DNA of 64,000 bases from Dehalococcoidia bacterium (lineage in GTDB: Bacteria; Chloroflexota; Dehalococcoidia; Plut-88900), in assembly GCA_965197585.1 (NCBI GenBank), contig OZ240215.1, forward strand, positions 2,912,001 through 2,976,000, given 5' to 3'. This document shows, one piece after another, positions 50,156 to 61,216 of this stretch. How positions within the stretch are numbered: the stretch's first letter is position 1; the number at the start of each line of letters is the position of its first letter. The notes under the pieces are model-generated. The model was not told the origin of the DNA. It made no database searches and worked only from the letters and a program-made list of their open reading frames with translations. The position numbers and the translations under genes were made by a program.

Positions 50156-51409
50156 ATGACTGTCACAACTAAACATCGCAGCGCCCAGAAAGACGTAATG
50201 CTCCACTTCGAGACTGCGGCGGCGCGGCTCGGGTTGGACTCGGGGACATGCCAAATGCTGCGCGAACCGTGGCGCGACCTGAGGGTATCGCTGCCGGTGC
50301 GGATGGACGACGGGCGCATTGAAGTTTTCCACGGATATCGTGTGCAGCACAACGGGGCTCGGGGGCCGTACAAAGGAGGCGTGCGATACCACCCACGGGC
50401 CGACGAGGACGAGGTGCGGGCCCTGGCATCCTTGATGACCTGGAAGACCGCACTGCTGGACCTGCCCTTCGGCGGGGCCAAAGGTGGCATTCAGCTTGAC
50501 CCACACGCTCTGAGCGAGCGGGAACTCAATGCAGTCACCCGACGCTACACTCAGAATATCGAACACCTTCTTGGACCCTACAGGGACATTCCCGCTCCCG
50601 ACCTCGGCACCAACGCCAACACCATGGCCTGGATTATGGACGAATATAGCCAGACCCACGGCTACACGCTGCCGGTTGTGACCGGCAAGCCGGTGGAGGT
50701 CGGCGGGTCGGTGGGTAGGGAACAGGCCACGGGGCGCGGGGCCCTGTACGTGCTGCAGGAAGCTGCCAAGGACATGTCGCTGGACTTGGCCAAGGCGCGG
50801 ATAACCGTCCAGGGTTTCGGGAACGTGGGGTCGTGGTTCTGCCGACTGGCCCATCAGGCGGGCTCGCAAATCGTGGCAGTGGCCGACGTTCGGGGTGCGG
50901 TACACAACAGCGCCGGATTGAATATTCCCGAGCTGGTCGAGTTTGTGTCCGGCAATGGCTCGGTGGAGGGGTTCCCGGGGGGCGAGCGGTGTGCGCCGGG
51001 CGACATCCTGGAAATGGATGCCGACGTATTCGTTCCCGCCGCTATAGAAAACGTGATTGGAGAGGAAGAGGCGCGTCGGCTCCCGGTGCGATTAGTCCTG
51101 GAGGCTGCCAACCATCCCACCACTCCCGAAGGAGACACGATATTGCAGGAAAGGGGTGTGCAGGTACTTCCCGACCTCCTGGTAAACGCCGGCGGCGTTA
51201 CGGTTTCCTACTTCGAGTGGACGCAAAACATCCAGCAGTTCGACTGGAGCGAGGAACGGGTCAACGAAGAGCTGTACAAGCGGATCGTGCCAGCCTACCA
51301 CGGCGTAGCCGAAAGGGCCCGAGAAAGCGGGCTGTCGCTGAGGCAGGCAGCCTTCGATATCGGGGTGGAGCGGGTGGCCCGCACGGTACAGCTGAGGGGT
51401 TTCGTTTAA
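50156..51409 (+). CDS. gdhA: Glu/Leu/Phe/Val dehydrogenase (glutamate dehydrogenase)
   Basis: GYRVQHN.ARGPYKGG.R, GGAKGG, DIPAPD, VTGKP, QGFGNVG, NAGGV.VSYFEW. Confidence 0.93.
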   Translation: MTVTTKHRSAQKDVMLHFETAAARLGLDSGTCQMLREPWRDLRVSLPVRMDDGRIEVFHGYRVQHNGARGPYKGGVRYHPRADEDEVRALASLMTWKTALLDLPFGGAKGGIQLDPHALSERELNAVTRRYTQNIEHLLGPYRDIPAPDLGTNANTMAWIMDEYSQTHGYTLPVVTGKPVEVGGSVGREQATGRGALYVLQEAAKDMSLDLAKARITVQGFGNVGSWFCRLAHQAGSQIVAVADVRGAVHNSAGLNIPELVEFVSGNGSVEGFPGGERCAPGDILEMDADVFVPAAIENVIGEEEARRLPVRLVLEAANHPTTPEGDTILQERGVQVLPDLLVNAGGVTVSYFEWTQNIQQFDWSEERVNEELYKRIVPAYHGVAERARESGLSLRQAAFDIGVERVARTVQLRGFV

Positions 51410-51533
51410 GCGGGGCTCGGGAGGGCGAGAGGCGTTTTTCTTCCAGGGGGAGCCCGTTCTGCCCGTGCGCCATCAAGGGACGTGACGGTCCTCTCTTGAC
51501 ACGTTTGGGCCTCAAGGCCCTACCGTACAATTG

Positions 51534-52034
51534 CTAGTTGCTGTCGCCGTTGCCTGAAGCCCGCATCCACATGCTCTGGCCGACGATCACCAGCCACGAT
51601 ACGCCAACGGAGGCGAAGTAGGCCGTGTGCGAGAAAAGGACATCCGGGCCGGTCGCCGTAACGACGTTCGAGAAGGCGAATACTGTGAATATGATGGCGC
51701 TGATGAAGAGCCCCAGCAGTATCCACGGCTGACGCGCTGCCGAACCGGTTCGCATGAAGAACTGTATCAAGGCCCATAAGAAGATGACCCCGACGAGCAG
51801 TTCAAAGGCCGCCGTGAAGTAGAAGGCAAACTCGCCGAGACTCGTGCCCCAGCCCATCTTGTCCAGGGTGACGGTGAAGAAGTTTGTGTCGCCCTTCTCG
51901 GCGAATTTCACGCCGATGTGGACGCCGGGAATCACCTTGGCTAATCCGTTGGCGAGCCAGAAAAGCATCCAGAAGATGACTATCCCGAGCTCTAAAGAAC
52001 CCACTCGGACTACATAACTCTTCAAAGCACCCAT
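51534..52034 (-). CDS. four-TM membrane protein (DoxX-like)
   Basis: Hydrophobic helices, FWLANGLAK; AGGAGG RBS. Confidence 0.65.
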   Translation of the reverse strand: MGALKSYVVRVGSLELGIVIFWMLFWLANGLAKVIPGVHIGVKFAEKGDTNFFTVTLDKMGWGTSLGEFAFYFTAAFELLVGVIFLWALIQFFMRTGSAARQPWILLGLFISAIIFTVFAFSNVVTATGPDVLFSHTAYFASVGVSWLVIVGQSMWMRASGNGDSN

Positions 52035-52142
52035 CGCACGACCTCCTTGAGCTACTGCAGCGTCAGGATCCCGATGGCCGGATTATGAAGGATTTGTGGA
52101 TGAGGGGGCAAGGGGGGTGGGGTGGGGAGGTGCGGTATAGGT

Positions 52143-53000
52143 TTATGTGAGTGCGCTGGTTCCGGTGGTCTGGTCTTTGTTCAGTTTGCCGACTGCCGCC
52201 TTTATGGTCTCGGTTATGGCGTCATGAGGGACAACGACGCCGAGGCCGGAGTTCTCTTCGAAGATCATTCTCGGGCGGTCGGTCTGGGTGCTGACTGCGA
52301 TTTCCTGATAAGGGATATAGGCGGAGACCATGCCGATCAGCCCAGACCTGCAGTTAGGTTTTGTTCCTTCAATAGTGAGGGTCTCGGGCTTGAGGACGAC
52401 CGGGCCTCCACTGTTGCCGGGATAGATGGAAGCGTCTATCAGAAATGTTTGAGCATTGCCCTTGATCCAGTCCTGGGCCCGGGCGAAGATTCCCTGGCGC
52501 ACGATCGCGTAGTTCCGTTCATCGCCTGCTTCCCCCAGGGGAAAGCCCAAGACAAAGACCCCATCGCCTTCGCTCACATCGATTGCACGCAGTTCATCAC
52601 GGGTGTAAGTGTGCTCACCGGCGGCGAAGAAAAAGAACTCGATGCCGTCTGCCCGCAGCCGGTCGGCATTGACGGGCAGGACCGCCACGTCGGCTTCCTG
52701 GTGAATTGTCCAGGACGTAGAACCGTCGGGCTCTTTCAATAGTATCGGGTAAGTATGGGAAACGGCGCCCATGGGCCTGTTGAAGCGCGCATGCATCGTC
52801 GTGCCACGGTCACGCGCCTTGGTGAATACGTGCCGATTGGTTACAAGAAAAGTCCAGTATGTGGGCATACCGTTCTGGTCTTTCGCCTGGGTAGGATACC
52901 CGTACATGAACCCGGTCCCCATAAATCGAACTTGTTTGTCCTGGGCCTGCATTCCCAAGGCAACAACCGAGTTCATAAAGGAAGGAGGGATTAAGGCCAT
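52143..53000 (-). CDS. trypsin-like serine protease, no signal peptide
   Basis: GTGF, LVTNRHV, DVAVL, GFP, PGNSGGPV. Confidence 0.85.
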   Translation of the reverse strand: MALIPPSFMNSVVALGMQAQDKQVRFMGTGFMYGYPTQAKDQNGMPTYWTFLVTNRHVFTKARDRGTTMHARFNRPMGAVSHTYPILLKEPDGSTSWTIHQEADVAVLPVNADRLRADGIEFFFFAAGEHTYTRDELRAIDVSEGDGVFVLGFPLGEAGDERNYAIVRQGIFARAQDWIKGNAQTFLIDASIYPGNSGGPVVLKPETLTIEGTKPNCRSGLIGMVSAYIPYQEIAVSTQTDRPRMIFEENSGLGVVVPHDAITETIKAAVGKLNKDQTTGTSALT

Positions 53001-53286
53001 TGTGTCACCTGCTTTTTACTTAGCTACAAATCTTTGGCCTTCAAATGCCCCCATCGAGCGAGTTAGACAGGTCAGATTTTCTGGATAGTTCTCTATTTTC
53101 AATTAGATTATACCGGTGAATGCGGGCGGCCAATTTGTCGGGTGGGGGGAAGGTCGGGATGAACGGTAGGTTGCAGCGATTAACGATTTACCGGGCCTGT
53201 GATAACCTACGGCACGTTGAAGGGAGCCGGGGGTGATTCCGGACCTAGGGTTCGGGATGTAACTATCGGCAATTCGGATCACGGAG

Positions 53287-54366
53287 ATGGTACAGATGCG
53301 TCTTCTAATAACAGCGATATTACTTATAGCTCTTGTACTGACGGCTGTGGCGTGCCAGGGGGATGTCGGGCCTGAGGGGGAACAGGGGCGCGCCGGGCCT
53401 CCGGGTCCTGCGGGGCCGCCCGGACCTGCAGGACCGACGGGCCTCGCGGGCTCGCCCGGACCCCAAGGCCCCGCCGGGCCTCCGGGGCCCCAGGTAGAAG
53501 CTGTCCCCATGGATATTGATGAGGATGCCCTCATGGGCTTCTTTGATCTGTTCGGGGCGGGCCTTGCTGAGGGCTTGGGGGAGGCCGTGCCGGAGCCCGC
53601 GCCTGCGAAGTACGAAGTCGAGGAGTACACCCAGTGGTTCGTAAAGCAAGCAATCGAGAAATACAAGGCTGAAGGGTTGGAAGCGACCGTTGACTACTAC
53701 AACACGCTTGAGAGCGTGGACGGGCAGTGGTACATGTTCATAAGCGACCAGAGCGATACGATGATTGCTCACGGCGGCAATCCCGACCTGATTGACCGTC
53801 CCGTGTCGGCGGCTGTCGGGCCGAACAACTACCCTGCAGGTGATGCGGTAGTAGCGGTTGCCGACGAGGACGGCGAGTGGTTCAGCTACACGTTCCCGAA
53901 TCCCGCTGCGGGCGGGGTCGAGACGAAGCATTCCTGGATGGTGGAGTACGACGGGTTGACCTTTGGATCGGGGTGGTATGAGGCGGGGCCAATGAAGTCC
54001 GACAACCCGGCGTACACGCAGTCCTTCGTGCAGTCGGCGATAAGACTCTACGATGCCTTGGGGCGTCAGGCAACCGTCGCCTACTACAACACCGTCGAGA
54101 GCGTGGACGGTCAGTGGTACGTGTTCATTGTGAACGAGGAGGGCTACACGATAGGCCACCACAATCCGATGTTCAGGAACCGGGACCCGGCGGCCCGCGT
54201 GGACTCCACGGGGTACTTCTACGGCGGTGACTTGTTGTCTGCCACAGAGGCCGGGCGGTGGGTGGACTATGTACTGCTCAACCCGGAGACCGGGGACGAG
54301 CGTCAGAAACATACGTGGGCGGTGCTGCACGACGGGCTGATATTCGCCTCGGGGTGGTACGAGTAG
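53287..54366 (+). CDS. lipoprotein with collagen-like repeat and two single-Cache domains
   Basis: Lipobox AVAC; 15 Gly-X-Y; duplicated [14 protein letters not shown]...W..Y...NP..G....KH.W....DGL.F.SGWYE. Confidence 0.85.
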   Translation: MVQMRLLITAILLIALVLTAVACQGDVGPEGEQGRAGPPGPAGPPGPAGPTGLAGSPGPQGPAGPPGPQVEAVPMDIDEDALMGFFDLFGAGLAEGLGEAVPEPAPAKYEVEEYTQWFVKQAIEKYKAEGLEATVDYYNTLESVDGQWYMFISDQSDTMIAHGGNPDLIDRPVSAAVGPNNYPAGDAVVAVADEDGEWFSYTFPNPAAGGVETKHSWMVEYDGLTFGSGWYEAGPMKSDNPAYTQSFVQSAIRLYDALGRQATVAYYNTVESVDGQWYVFIVNEEGYTIGHHNPMFRNRDPAARVDSTGYFYGGDLLSATEAGRWVDYVLLNPETGDERQKHTWAVLHDGLIFASGWYE

Positions 54367-54627
54367 AGGGCAAGCGGAATCGACAAAGGCCACTTGTCCT
54401 TTGGTAAACCTGACGCGGCTCGGGGGGGGGGCGCCCACGAGGAGCCTGTCTCAAAAGGGAGGGGTGGGGCACCGTGGATGGAGGTGGACGGTACTGCAGG
54501 CTGGACCGTTGAACTTAGTGAGGGCGAGTAAACGCTAGCGGTCCAAGACTGCCCACCAATGAGTTTGCGATGCTGTACACTTGGCCTGCCTCGCTAGCAT
54601 AGTAGTGCGAACTCTCAGGCGGCCGGG

Positions 54628-56379
54628 GTGCAATTGGCCTCAGTAATTCGCGAAAACGAAAACGTACTTTACGAACCGGATGAAAAGCCCCCTCACCTGG
54701 TAGCGCTGGGGGCGGGGATCCAGGCTTCTGCGATCATGGTGACGCGTGTGGTGGTGACAGTGGTGATAGTGGCGCGGATAGCTGATCAACCAGAGAGCTA
54801 CGTCTCTTGGGCCGTGTTTGCGGCCTTGGCGGTGAGCGGGGTCATCACAGCGCTGCAGGCCGTCAAGATCGGGCGTGTAGGGGCGGGGCATGTACTAATT
54901 ATGGGCACGTCCGGGGCGTACATAGCCGTCTGCGCAGACGCGCTGAGCGAGGCGGGCCCCGCAACCATGGCGAGCCTCATCCTGGTCTCATCCCTGTTTC
55001 AGATTCTGCTGGCTTCCCGGCTATCGCTGCTTAGGCGGATATTCACGCCGGTCGTATCGGGCACGGTAATCATGCTGATAGCTGTTACGATCATGCCGGT
55101 GATGTTCGACATCCTGAATGAGGTCCCGGAAGGCGTTTCCAAAGGGGCCGCTCCCATTTCGGTGGGTGTGACCATTCTGGTGGTGGCGGGGCTCGTGCTG
55201 AGGGGGCCCCCGGCCTGGCGGTTGTGGTCACCGATAATCGGAATAGCGGTGGGCTCCTTAGCGGGTGCACCCTTCGGCCTATACGACGTGGGACAGATAC
55301 TGGACGCTCCGTGGGTTGGAGTACCGATGGGATCGTGGCCGGGGCTCGACGTAACCCCGGGCACGGAGTTCTGGGCACTGCTTCCTGCTTTCGTATTGTT
55401 CACTGCAGTCAGTTCCATAGAAACAATCGGGAATTCGGTGGCTATCCAGAGGGTGTCCCAGCGCAGGCCACGGGCGACGGATTACCGGGTGGTGCAGGGG
55501 GCGCTGAACGCCGACGGAGTGGGGAAATTTCTATCGGGCTTCGCGGGGACGCTGCCCAGCACGCCCTACGGAACAAGCGTAGCCATGGCGGAGGTGACGG
55601 GAGTCTCGGCCCGGCGGGTGGGGGTCATCATCGGAGCGATCTTCGTGGCAGTGGCATTCTTTCCAAAGTTTACGGCCGTGTTGATCGCGATCCCGGCCCC
55701 CGTGGCTGCCGGCTTCTTGACGGTCCTCATCGGGTTGCTGTTCGTGCAGGGAATGAGAGTCATAATTCAGGACGGGGTCGATCACCGAAAGGCCGTCCTT
55801 GTAGGGATGTCTTTCTGGCTGGGAACGGGGTTCCAGAACGGATGGATATTCCCTGAACTGCTGGGAGAAGGCTTCCTGGGCATTCTGCTGGGCAACGGGA
55901 TGACTGCGGGGGCGATGATTGCGGTAATAATGATGGTGTTTCTGGAGTTGACAAGCCCCCGACGAAAACGCTTGAGGGTTGCCCTGGATATTGAATCCCT
56001 GCCAAAGTTGAATGATTTCCTTGAGGAGTTTGCAACGAAGGCCGGATGGGACTCCGAGTCGATGCAGCGGCTGAGATTGGTCGGGGAGGAGACGTTGACC
56101 AGCCTGCTTTCCGCAGAAGGCGACGACGTAGACAGAGACAAACCACATAGTTTAAGTGTGAGCGCGCGGGCGACAGGGGAAGGGGCGGAACTGGAGTTTG
56201 TATCGACGGTAGGGGAGGAAAACCTGGAGGACAGGCTGGCATACGTGGGAGAATCAGTGGAAATCGCCGACACTCGTGAAATATCCTTCCGGCTGCTGCG
56301 TCATTATGCGTCGTCGTTACGCCACCAGAAGTACCACGGCATGGACATTGTCACGGTACACGTGGACAAGACTCGATAG
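54628..56379 (+). CDS. NCS2 xanthine/uracil permease with C-terminal HATPase_c-like extension
   Basis: IFTPVVSGTVIMLI, SIETIG, TGVSARRVG, FFPKF..IP.PV; ~140-aa soluble tail. Confidence 0.85.
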   Translation: MQLASVIRENENVLYEPDEKPPHLVALGAGIQASAIMVTRVVVTVVIVARIADQPESYVSWAVFAALAVSGVITALQAVKIGRVGAGHVLIMGTSGAYIAVCADALSEAGPATMASLILVSSLFQILLASRLSLLRRIFTPVVSGTVIMLIAVTIMPVMFDILNEVPEGVSKGAAPISVGVTILVVAGLVLRGPPAWRLWSPIIGIAVGSLAGAPFGLYDVGQILDAPWVGVPMGSWPGLDVTPGTEFWALLPAFVLFTAVSSIETIGNSVAIQRVSQRRPRATDYRVVQGALNADGVGKFLSGFAGTLPSTPYGTSVAMAEVTGVSARRVGVIIGAIFVAVAFFPKFTAVLIAIPAPVAAGFLTVLIGLLFVQGMRVIIQDGVDHRKAVLVGMSFWLGTGFQNGWIFPELLGEGFLGILLGNGMTAGAMIAVIMMVFLELTSPRRKRLRVALDIESLPKLNDFLEEFATKAGWDSESMQRLRLVGEETLTSLLSAEGDDVDRDKPHSLSVSARATGEGAELEFVSTVGEENLEDRLAYVGESVEIADTREISFRLLRHYASSLRHQKYHGMDIVTVHVDKTR

Positions 56380-56398
56380 GGGTCCGGTTACCTGGACC

Positions 56399-58090
56399 CT
56401 ACTTCCTGCGGGGGGTGCCGCCCTTGCTGATCTTCCCCCAGGTGTCCCTGAGCGAGACCGTGCGGTTGAACACCGGCGATCCAGTCTCGGAGTCCGGGTC
56501 CACGGCGAAGTAGCCAAGCCGCTCGAACTGGAACCTTTCGCCCGGGAGGGCATCGGAGAGGCTTGGCTCGACCTTGGCGTCGGCGACGACTTCCAGCGAA
56601 TCGGGGTTCAGGGTCGAGAGGAAGTCTGCTTCCTCGTCGGGGCGCTCCGACGTGAAGAGGTGCTCGTACAGCCGGATCTCTGCCTCTACGGCGTGTCTAG
56701 CCGAGACCCAATGGATCGTGCCCTTCACCTTCCGGCCGTCGGGCGACTGTCCGCCGCGGGTCTTGGGGTCGTATGTGCAGCGCAGCTCGACGATCTCACC
56801 GGCGTCGTCCTTGACCACGTCGGTGCAGGTGATGAAGTAGCCGTAGCGCAGCCGGACCTCGCGCCCGGGGGCGAGGCGGAAGAATTTTTTCGGCGGGTCC
56901 TCCATGAAGTCGTTCCGCTCGATGTACAGCTCCCGGGAGAAGGGCACCTTGCGAGATCCCGCGCCGGGGTCTTCGGGGTTGTTAACGGCGTCAAGGTGCT
57001 CGACCTGCCCATCGGGGTAGTTTTCGATAACCACTTTGAGGGGCCTCAGGACGGCCAGCACTCGAGCCGCCCGCGTGTTCAGGTCGTCGCGGATGGCGTG
57101 TTCCAGCAGGGCGATTTCAATGACGTTCTGCCTCTTGGCAACCCCGACCAGATCGCAGAACCGGCGTATGGACTCCGGCGTATAGCCGCGCCTGCGAAGG
57201 CCGGCAAGGGTCGGCATCCGGGGGTCGTCCCAGCCGCTCACATGCCCCTCGTTGACGAGCTGGGCCAGTTTGCGCTTGCTCATCACGGTATGGCTCATAT
57301 TCAGCCGTGCGAACTCGATTTGCTGCGGGTGGTAGATGTCCAGGGCGTCGAGGATCCAGTCGTAGAGGGGCCGATGGTCCTCATACTCCATTGTGCAGAT
57401 CGAGTGGGTGACACCCTCCACGGAGTCGGATTGCCCGTGGGCGAAGTCGTACATGGGGTAGACCACCCACTTATCACCCGTGCGGTGATGCGGCGTCTTC
57501 AGGACCCGGTACAGAACGGGGTCCCGCATGTTGATGTTGCCGGAGGACATGTCGATTCTGGCCCGCAGGACTCGCTGCCCTTCGTTAACCTCGCCGTTCT
57601 TCATGCCTTCGAATAGGGCCAGGTTTTCCTCGACGGAGCGGTTCCTGTAGGGGCTCTCGACACCCGGCTCCGTGAGGGTGCCGCGGTATTTGCGAATCTG
57701 CTCCTGGTCCAGGTCGTCGACGTAGGCCTTGCCCTTGTTGATGAGGTCGATTGCGAAGTCGTAGAGCTTGTCGAAGTGGTCGGAGGCGAAGTAGAGGTGC
57801 TCGCCCCAGTCCCAGCCGAGCCAGCGGACATCCTCCAGGATGCCGTCGACGAACTCCTCCTCCTCTTTGGCGGGGTTGGTGTCGTCGAAGCGCATGTGGC
57901 AGCGGCCACCGTACTCCTGGGCCAGCCCGAAATTGAGGCACATGGACTTGGCGTGGCCGATGTGGAGGTAGCCGTTGGGCTCAGGCGGGAAGCGGGTGAT
58001 GACCTGTCCGCCGAACCGCCCGGAGGCGTTGTCGGCCTCGACGGCGGAGCGCACGAAGTCCAGGGAGGGTTTGGTTTCGGTTTCAGTCAT
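56399..58090 (-). CDS. glnS: glutamine-tRNA ligase
   Basis: [45 protein letters not shown]. Confidence 0.97.
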   Translation of the reverse strand: MTETETKPSLDFVRSAVEADNASGRFGGQVITRFPPEPNGYLHIGHAKSMCLNFGLAQEYGGRCHMRFDDTNPAKEEEEFVDGILEDVRWLGWDWGEHLYFASDHFDKLYDFAIDLINKGKAYVDDLDQEQIRKYRGTLTEPGVESPYRNRSVEENLALFEGMKNGEVNEGQRVLRARIDMSSGNINMRDPVLYRVLKTPHHRTGDKWVVYPMYDFAHGQSDSVEGVTHSICTMEYEDHRPLYDWILDALDIYHPQQIEFARLNMSHTVMSKRKLAQLVNEGHVSGWDDPRMPTLAGLRRRGYTPESIRRFCDLVGVAKRQNVIEIALLEHAIRDDLNTRAARVLAVLRPLKVVIENYPDGQVEHLDAVNNPEDPGAGSRKVPFSRELYIERNDFMEDPPKKFFRLAPGREVRLRYGYFITCTDVVKDDAGEIVELRCTYDPKTRGGQSPDGRKVKGTIHWVSARHAVEAEIRLYEHLFTSERPDEEADFLSTLNPDSLEVVADAKVEPSLSDALPGERFQFERLGYFAVDPDSETGSPVFNRTVSLRDTWGKISKGGTPRRK

Positions 58091-58147
58091 GGTGTTGGTC
58101 GGCGATTTGATGCCGACACATTATAGTCGGGTGGAAGGGGGAGGGGG

Positions 58148-58858
58148 ATTCAGTCCTCCTGAGGCGGATCTTCGATTGTGGGGGTTTTGATTGTTTTGTT
58201 GGTAGGGGGTTGGCGATGGAAGACGTCCGTTGAGCCTGTCAGCCTCTACGCTCGTGCGGTGTTCCGGCTGTCGGGGGCCTAGAGGGTCCGCTCCGCGGGT
58301 GAGGAGGAGGGACTTGCAGCCGGCCGCACCCTAGCGCTCGATGGAGGGCTCCGACTGCCCGGGCAGACAGTCAGGCCTTGACCCCGCCTCTGAATGCCCG
58401 CAGGCATGATGGGGGCCAGTGATCGGGCAGTAGCCCCCTCAGATATCCTATGTTACGTGGGCCACCCGAGGGTCTAGGCGGCCCATCAGCCCCCTGCTTG
58501 ATATGGCGTAAGCTCGCAAGGCGGGCCAACCTCCGAGAGGTAGTCTCGGCCGGGGATAGCCGGTCCGCTACCCCATGCTTGATATAGCGTAAGCTCGCTG
58601 CTAACCGACCACCGAGACGGCGTCTCGGCGGGGTATGGCCGGTCCGCTATGGCTCTGTCCAGGGCGTCTTTCCATCGCCTGGGTAGGGAAGGGGCACGGA
58701 ACCCGATGGGATGAGGAGATGGCGATTGTCGCTTGAGCCGCGGGCCCCGTGTATGGGCCGTTGGGATGGGCTTGGGCGTTGAGTCCTCGGGTGGGTCGGG
58801 TGGGCTTCCCTGGGTTTTTGGTTCCTCCTTGAGATAGTTAGGGTGGTGTTCGAACGGT
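58148..58858 (-). ncRNA. putative large structured non-coding RNA cassette, copy B
   Basis: Paralog of 36467-37114 with a different interior. Confidence 0.55.
58491..58649. repeat. tandem ~80-bp structured repeat (2 units) inside cassette B
   Basis: CCCC.TGCTTGATAT.GCGTAAGCTCGC...CCGAGA..TCTCGGC...GCCGGTCCGCTA at 58491 and 58571. Confidence 0.85.
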
Positions 58859-58862
58859 GGGG

Positions 58863-58892
58863 ATAATAGCACGGGTGTGCGAGTCGAGTCAA
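58863..58892 (-). promoter_or_regulatory. sigma70-like promoter of cassette B
   Basis: TTGACT-18 nt-(TGc)TATTAT. Confidence 0.65.
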
Positions 58893-59287
58893 GGGGCTGA
58901 TTGCACACTTGGGGGGACACCGCCCCAGCCCCACCGGGGAACCTTCACCCCCTTGATCCCCCTCTCACGCCACAGGCGCACGCCCAGGCGCATCTTCGAC
59001 ATCTTCGACCCTTAGGGCCTATAAGGGAGAGGGGGAGGGAAGAACAGAGGCAGATGTTGGCGCTTCTGCGCCAACGTCTGCCTCTAGTTCAGTACTGGAG
59101 AGAGGAGGGATGGATTCACGAAAGGGGTCGGGAATGACGGGGGGGGTCGGAGGGGGTGGGGGGGTGAGCCCGACGGATGGTCGCTCAGCATTGGCAAGGG
59201 GCGTTGTCATAAAGTAGATGTCGACCTGGTTAGGTAGTGAGTGTGCCGCAGATTAGAGCCTCCTAACGACGTGAATTGTATACAGTG

Positions 59288-61216
59288 TCATGCACTGCTC
59301 GGGCTACTGAAATCAACACCTATGGATTTTTCTTTACGTTTCAATAGTTTTCTTAGGATCCAGTCTCGTACCTGTTTGCGAATGCCTTTTAGCGTAAGAC
59401 CGAACCAACGATTTAGTAACGTTAGCGCTCCTACCATGACAATAAATGGGACGGCTATTATTCCGGCTATGGAAGATACGGTCAAAGAAACAATTACACT
59501 AGCTGCAATGTCCCCAACCATAAGGAGTCCAATCAGGACAGCTAGAATGTTCGCATATATCTCTGCCCGTCTGCTACACTGCCAATACACATTCTTCTTA
59601 AGCTTGCTATAGCGATTATAGGATATCGTTAATTCTTCACGTGTCCTTTGGTGCTCCTTTTGCTCCGCAGCGAGTTTATTAGCTTCCTCTTTTTTTATCT
59701 CATTAGACACACGCTCTAAGGTCTCAGTGACGGTCTCCTCAGTCAGAGCACTGTCATCGCCAAGTGTCAGATGCATTAGCTCACGGTGTACCAGAGGACT
59801 GGATCTGAGCAGTTCATGATCTCGCACTGTTATGGATCCACGCTGTTGAAGCCTTTCGATTTCCTTCAGGTACTTGCCTAATAGTTCCTTTGAAGGCTCT
59901 AAAGCAGCATAGGAGAACGCCAACAACTGAGTCATCGGTATAGAAGGTGCCCCCATGGGAGCTTTCAACCATGCAATGTTTGCCAAGGTGAATTCATGAA
60001 TCACGCTTGATACATTTCTCGACGACATATGCTGTTGGCCGAAATCCCAAGCGGCCCTTGCAAAGCCGCGGTTGCTTGTTACCAGAACGGCGTGGGAATC
60101 CTCGAGGTTAGAAACTGGTGCATCTGCTCTTAGTGCGTAAATGCTTCTTACAGAATTGATATCGTACTCCCTAGCACGAGGATTGTGATACTGCACTTCT
60201 TCATCAAGAACATATTCGAACATAGTTTCATCTATCTGGAATTTTTCAATGTACTTGGGTGTTATAGCTATTTCTATTCCACTCTTAGCAAGTTCCTCGT
60301 TGAGAGACTCAGCGAGTAACAGAATGTCTGACTTTGTCAGACTACGCTTTCTGGCTTCATAAACTATGACTCCACGAGGATCCAGATCATACAGGTGGCT
60401 AGCAGCACTGTAGAGGACACTCCGTAGTTCATCGCGGGAATGCGAAAAAGCAGCGACTCTGCCTTTGAGGTTAGTAACTAGGCCAATTAGTTCCTTGACT
60501 GCGGCTTGCTTCGCTTCGCCGTGGCTTCCAAGGCTACTCACGAGTAGGGGTGTATCGAGGTAAAAGGTGACATTCCGGTAATTGCTGTTGGAGCTCTGGA
60601 GGTCAGGACACATCAATGCGTTAGCGAGCATGTGCCCCTGCACTAATATAAGGAAACTGTCGAAACGTTCTGGACTTGTTGCTTGTAAATGTTGAACGTA
60701 GTGACTAACTAATACGATTCTGGAAGGATGTGTACCATTAAGGTCGGGGATAGCTGTACCTCGTAAGTAGGAGCGCAAGCACTGGATATTGAAGTTAGAC
60801 AAGAATGTACATATCGCCTCTACGGCCGCTTCCTCGTTGCAAAGTGGCTTTGCAGTTTCCTTAGAGAATGCTAGCAATTCATTCACTACTGCTTGAATAT
60901 GACGTCGCGCTTCCGCTTGTTTGGACTCGATCTGAGGATCCGGCACATTACCGGATTTGCGGTATATTCCACTGTCTCTTTTAATGAAATTCCGCTTTGC
61001 GATACGTCTCAAGACAATACCAACAATGTGTTCGGGAATCTCTAGGCCGAAGTCGTCTCTAATTGATTGGCAGACTCCTTTACTTGTGATAGGCCCATCG
61101 TTGTGATGAAACAAAACCTGGAGAACGAAAGGCTTGAGGTACTCGAAGTAATCTCTCCCTTGATCAATATTTACTTTCAGTATTGCTAAGCTAGTAAGTG
61201 TGTTAGTGGTCATCAA
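59288..61216 (-). CDS. low-GC hypothetical protein with PIN-like domain, coiled coil and C-terminal TM helices
   Basis: FYLDTPLL...DEL...DINS...LVTSN; two hydrophobic helices near C-terminus. Confidence 0.65.
   Translation of the reverse strand: MMTTNTLTSLAILKVNIDQGRDYFEYLKPFVLQVLFHHNDGPITSKGVCQSIRDDFGLEIPEHIVGIVLRRIAKRNFIKRDSGIYRKSGNVPDPQIESKQAEARRHIQAVVNELLAFSKETAKPLCNEEAAVEAICTFLSNFNIQCLRSYLRGTAIPDLNGTHPSRIVLVSHYVQHLQATSPERFDSFLILVQGHMLANALMCPDLQSSNSNYRNVTFYLDTPLLVSSLGSHGEAKQAAVKELIGLVTNLKGRVAAFSHSRDELRSVLYSAASHLYDLDPRGVIVYEARKRSLTKSDILLLAESLNEELAKSGIEIAITPKYIEKFQIDETMFEYVLDEEVQYHNPRAREYDINSVRSIYALRADAPVSNLEDSHAVLVTSNRGFARAAWDFGQQHMSSRNVSSVIHEFTLANIAWLKAPMGAPSIPMTQLLAFSYAALEPSKELLGKYLKEIERLQQRGSITVRDHELLRSSPLVHRELMHLTLGDDSALTEETVTETLERVSNEIKKEEANKLAAEQKEHQRTREELTISYNRYSKLKKNVYWQCSRRAEIYANILAVLIGLLMVGDIAASVIVSLTVSSIAGIIAVPFIVMVGALTLLNRWFGLTLKGIRKQVRDWILRKLLKRKEKSIGVDFSSPSSA

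Noticed and set aside
56276-57616. Long antisense ORFs (this one and e.g. 47882-48943, 53320-54438, 23745-24752)
   Set aside because: Shadow frames of well-supported high-GC genes on the opposite strand.
58450-58492. Hammerhead-like CTGATG-stem on the minus strand
   Set aside because: Core reads CTGATGG and the GAAA strand is missing.
58660-58682. GGCGATGGA resembling a fluoride riboswitch start (crcB is in the window)
   Set aside because: No TTCGCC or downstream TAATGAC pseudoknot partner; it pairs with a distant arm and is not upstream of crcB.
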